A stretch of DNA of 37,627 nt, from positions 1 to 37,627 of the forward strand of contig JAXLQJ010000068.1 in the NCBI GenBank assembly GCA_046331705.1. The letters are read 5' to 3'. The notes under the pieces are model-generated. The model saw only the letters and a program-made list of their open reading frames with translations, did no database searches and was not told where the DNA came from. Source of the DNA: a bacterium (GTDB taxonomy: Bacteria; JADJOY01). Below, in pieces: positions 34,676 through 37,627 of this stretch; the stretch's first letter is position 1; the number at the start of each line of letters is the position of its first letter. Made by a program: the position numbers and the translations under genes.

Positions 34676-34936
34676 TTCGCGGGCCGCCGCCTTCGCTCGC
34701 GCGAAGGGAGCGAATCGCCCCGTCCGTTCGACTTCCCGCGAAATTCACGGACATTTCGCCCGGTATCGCGAAGCGCCCTTGCACGCGAGGGCGCGCCTGC
34801 GTCACGCGCCTGACGCCCGCCGCCCACGGCGCCCGCTCGCCGAGCGCTGGCCAGCGTGACGATCGCCGACGAGTCACGCGCATGGGAGGTGCGAGCGAGA
34901 CCCAGTAGAATCGCCGCGGGGGACAAGGCGGACTCG

Positions 34937-36991
34937 GTGAAGAAAACACACGGCGATTTCCCGGGCGACGAGCCCGGTGACGTCTCGCGCACCGGGCATT
35001 ACTGCCCCGCGTGTCACGCCCCCATCGATCCGGCGCAACGGGATTGCCCGGAATGCGGCCAGCGCATCCCGGTACGCGATCCGCTCATCGGCTACGTCTT
35101 CGACGGGCGCTACCGCGTCATCGACGTCCTCGGCCGCGGCGGCATGGCGGTCGTGTACTGGGCCGACGACGCGAGCGTTCCCGGCGGACGCGAGGTCGCG
35201 CTCAAGCTCTTGAAGCCCGACCTCCTCCAGGACGCGCGCGCCGTGGAGCGCTTCCGTCGCGAGTCCGAGCGCGCGAGCCAGATCCATCACCCCAACGCGG
35301 TGCAGGTGTTCGATCACGGCGAGTTCTCGGATGGGATGCTGTTCCTGGCGATGGAGCGGCTGCGCGGGACGCCGCTCAGCGAGCTGATCCGGCAGGGGCG
35401 CGGCCTGCCCGAGGCACGCGCCGTGAAGCTCCTGGTCCAGATCGCCAGCGCGGTCGGCGAGGCGCACCGCATCGGTCTCGTGCACCGCGACCTGAAGCCG
35501 GACAACGTGATGATCGAGCCCGGATCGACGGGCCAGGGCGAGCGCGCCGTGGTGCTCGACTTCGGGATCGCCAAGTCGATGCGCGATCCGCACGAGGAAC
35601 GCCGCGGGCGCCTCGCTCGCTGGCTCGCGCGCGACACCACGCCGGCGCGCGACGCCGCCGGCGTACCGCTCACGCGCAGCGGCTACGTGATGGGCACGCC
35701 GGATTACATGTCGCCCGAACAAGCGGCGGGAAACCCGATCGACGCGCGCAGCGACGTGTTCTCGCTCGGCCTGATCCTCTTCGAGATGCTCACCGGCGAG
35801 CTGCCTTGGGAGCCCATCAACGACCCCACCACCGCGGCGGCGGAGCCGATCGAGACGCCACGCCACCTGCGCTCGATCGCCGCGGTCCGCCCCGAGCTGA
35901 CCGTGAGCGCGGACCTGGATCGCATCCTGGGAATGGCGCTCGCGCTCGACGTCGGTTGGCGCTACCCGGATGCGCAGGCGCTCGCGCAGGATCTCGACCG
36001 GCTGCGACGCTCGAGCCTCTACGAGGACTTCAAGGACCGCACCAGCCGCGTGGTGAAGGAGCGCGCCACCGGCTCTCCCACCCGCGGCTTGACGTCGCGG
36101 ACCACCGGCGTCGCGGGCAAGCGGCGCGCGCGCGCCCAGCCCAGCGCGGTGCTCGGGATGGTCCCGCGACTGGTCGGCGCAGTGGTGGTGCTCGCGGCGA
36201 TCGGCGGCGCGGGCTGGATCGCCGCGAGCGAGACCGCGCGCAGCGACGCGCTCGCGTTGCTGGCGAGGCTCGGCTGGATCGCGGAGGCACCTTCGGCGGC
36301 GCCCAGCGCCCCCGAGAGCGAGCAGCGGAGCACCAAGGGCGGCGCACAGGTGAAGCGCACGCCGAGCCAGCTCCTGGCCGATGGCGAGCGCGCGCTGGAC
36401 GAGCATCGCTGGGAGGACGCGCGCGCTCGTTTCGAGGAAGCGATGGATCGGGATCGACCGTCGGCACGCGCGTGGTTGGGGCTCGCGCGAGCGCAGATCG
36501 GGTTGGGACGCTCCGACGATTCCCAATACTCCTTCACGCGCGCCCTCGATCTGCTCGCCAGCTCGACCGAGAAGGGCGCCAAGGCGCGCGTCGCCGAGGT
36601 GAAGCAGCTCGCGCTCAAGAACGCGCGCCTCGACGAGCTGCCGGAAAGCGCGCGTCGTTACGTGGCGCTCGGCGACACCGAGGGCGCGGTCGGCGCGTAC
36701 ACGGAGTACCTGGAAGCCCGCCCTTGGGACGGCGGGATCGAGCTGCGCCTGGGCATGCTGCTGGCGCGCGCCAATCGCCTCACCGAGGCCATCCCCCACC
36801 TCGAGACCGCGGTGAAGCTTTCGCCAGACGTCGTCGAGGCACACCTCGAGCTGGGGATGGCGTACTCGCGCGTGAAGCAGGCGAGCGACGCCCAACGCGA
36901 GCTCGCGCGGGCCCTCGAGCTCGACCCGAGCAACGCCGAGGCGCGCCGCCAGCTCGAGATCGCGCGCCGCCACGCGCCGAGCTCGCCGTGA
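34937..36991 (+). CDS. Hanks-type Ser/Thr protein kinase with N-terminal zinc ribbon, TM and C-terminal TPRs
   Basis: CPAC...CPECG, LGRGGMAVVY, VALK, HRDLKPDN, DFGIAK, GTPDYMSPEQ and SDVFSLG motifs, then a TM and TPRs. Start 34937 or 34856. Confidence 0.95.
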   Translation: MKKTHGDFPGDEPGDVSRTGHYCPACHAPIDPAQRDCPECGQRIPVRDPLIGYVFDGRYRVIDVLGRGGMAVVYWADDASVPGGREVALKLLKPDLLQDARAVERFRRESERASQIHHPNAVQVFDHGEFSDGMLFLAMERLRGTPLSELIRQGRGLPEARAVKLLVQIASAVGEAHRIGLVHRDLKPDNVMIEPGSTGQGERAVVLDFGIAKSMRDPHEERRGRLARWLARDTTPARDAAGVPLTRSGYVMGTPDYMSPEQAAGNPIDARSDVFSLGLILFEMLTGELPWEPINDPTTAAAEPIETPRHLRSIAAVRPELTVSADLDRILGMALALDVGWRYPDAQALAQDLDRLRRSSLYEDFKDRTSRVVKERATGSPTRGLTSRTTGVAGKRRARAQPSAVLGMVPRLVGAVVVLAAIGGAGWIAASETARSDALALLARLGWIAEAPSAAPSAPESEQRSTKGGAQVKRTPSQLLADGERALDEHRWEDARARFEEAMDRDRPSARAWLGLARAQIGLGRSDDSQYSFTRALDLLASSTEKGAKARVAEVKQLALKNARLDELPESARRYVALGDTEGAVGAYTEYLEARPWDGGIELRLGMLLARANRLTEAIPHLETAVKLSPDVVEAHLELGMAYSRVKQASDAQRELARALELDPSNAEARRQLEIARRHAPSSP

Positions 36992-37001
36992 GGTGAGCAC
37001 G

Positions 37002-37027
37002 AGCCGCTCACCCCGGGGCGAGCGGCT
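37002..37027. terminator. GC-rich hairpin between convergent genes
   Basis: AGCCGCTCACCCCGGGGCGAGCGGCT near-palindrome 10 bp after the kinase stop. No strong U tract. Confidence 0.4.
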
Positions 37028-37134
37028 GTTGCCTCGGGGGCTCACCCGACTCGCCTCGCTGCGCTCGCGGTGCGAAGCACGACGCGCAGCAGGCTCCTCG
37101 CCGCGGCGGGTCGAGCCCGAGCGCGAAGCGTCGT

Positions 37135-37626
37135 TCAGCGAGCGCGCGCTGACGCGCGGAGCCGCTCGAGCACGGCGTCCACGTGGCGGTCCGTGCGCTT
37201 GCTGGTGAAGCGCGACCACGCCTTGGCGAAACGCGCGCGGGCCTCGGCGGCGCGCGCCATCTCCGTGGCCAGCGCTTCGGCGATCGCCCCGGCGCGAGCG
37301 CTCGCGGCCAAGGGCGGCGCCGCTTCGATGAATCGGCGCAGCACTTGGCCGCCCACGACCGCGTCCTGGTGGGCACCGAGCACGTCCTGAAGATCGGCGA
37401 GGTCGTCGAGCAGCCGCCGCCCCTCGCGCCCCGCGAGCTCGTCCACCACCTCGAGCACGTAGCGCAGGCGCTTGGCGCGAATGCGCAGCTCGTGCAGATC
37501 CTCGGCACGCGGGTCGCGCCCGACCCGCTTGCCCTGCTTGAGCGTGCGGCGATGCGCACGCTCGATGACGTCCGCGCCGAGCGCCCCCACGCTCGTCCGT
37601 GCGGCGGCGCGCAGCAACGGCTCGCG
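37135..37626 (-). CDS. CHAD domain protein (5' part outside the window)
   Basis: DLHELRIRAKRLRYVLE...LQDVLGAHQDAVV. Confidence 0.9.
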   Translation of the reverse strand, partial: REPLLRAAARTSVGALGADVIERAHRRTLKQGKRVGRDPRAEDLHELRIRAKRLRYVLEVVDELAGREGRRLLDDLADLQDVLGAHQDAVVGGQVLRRFIEAAPPLAASARAGAIAEALATEMARAAEARARFAKAWSRFTSKRTDRHVDAVLERLRASARAR

Positions 37627-37627
37627 G

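Noticed and set aside
37028-37134. REP-like GC-rich palindromic bits (CTCGCTGCGCTCGC, GAGCGCGAAGCG)
   Set aside because: Single occurrence in the window, so it cannot be established as a repeat family.

Overview
A high-GC bacterial chromosomal window. Sigma-54 promoter motifs, a MYXO-CTERM-like tail and a Ser/Thr kinase suggest Myxococcota or another delta-proteobacterial lineage (inference). Left to right: (1) a potassium-uptake locus, with kdpA (partial), kdpF, a 27-aa membrane peptide and a 4-Cys membrane protein on the minus strand, divergent from P-II (glnB/K), a four-helix-bundle membrane protein and a KimA-like APC permease. Both arms carry sigma-54 -24/-12 motifs and the same paired palindromic enhancer. 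(2) A di-heme cytochrome c peroxidase-family lipoprotein behind a Fur-like box, then a CoA-transferase. (3) A fused MNT-HEPN protein with degenerate catalytic motifs, followed by PIN-PhoH. (4) A minus-strand accessory stretch (VOC, SMI1/KNR4, His-phosphatase-like lipoprotein, ASCH) leading into a lower-GC island of immunity-like genes, one flanked by 46-bp direct repeats. (5) chaA and a Fur-family regulator, divergent from a Zn/Mn uptake operon headed by a DUF2946-like xAPP leader with anti-SD and hairpin features, then an M16 peptidase. (6) A methyltransferase/GT39/mpg operon, aat, a CSLREA surface protein, a Ser/Thr kinase-TPR protein and a partial CHAD gene. No rRNA, tRNA, CRISPR array, transposase or integrase was recognised. 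All calls come from reading motifs by eye; no database search was run.
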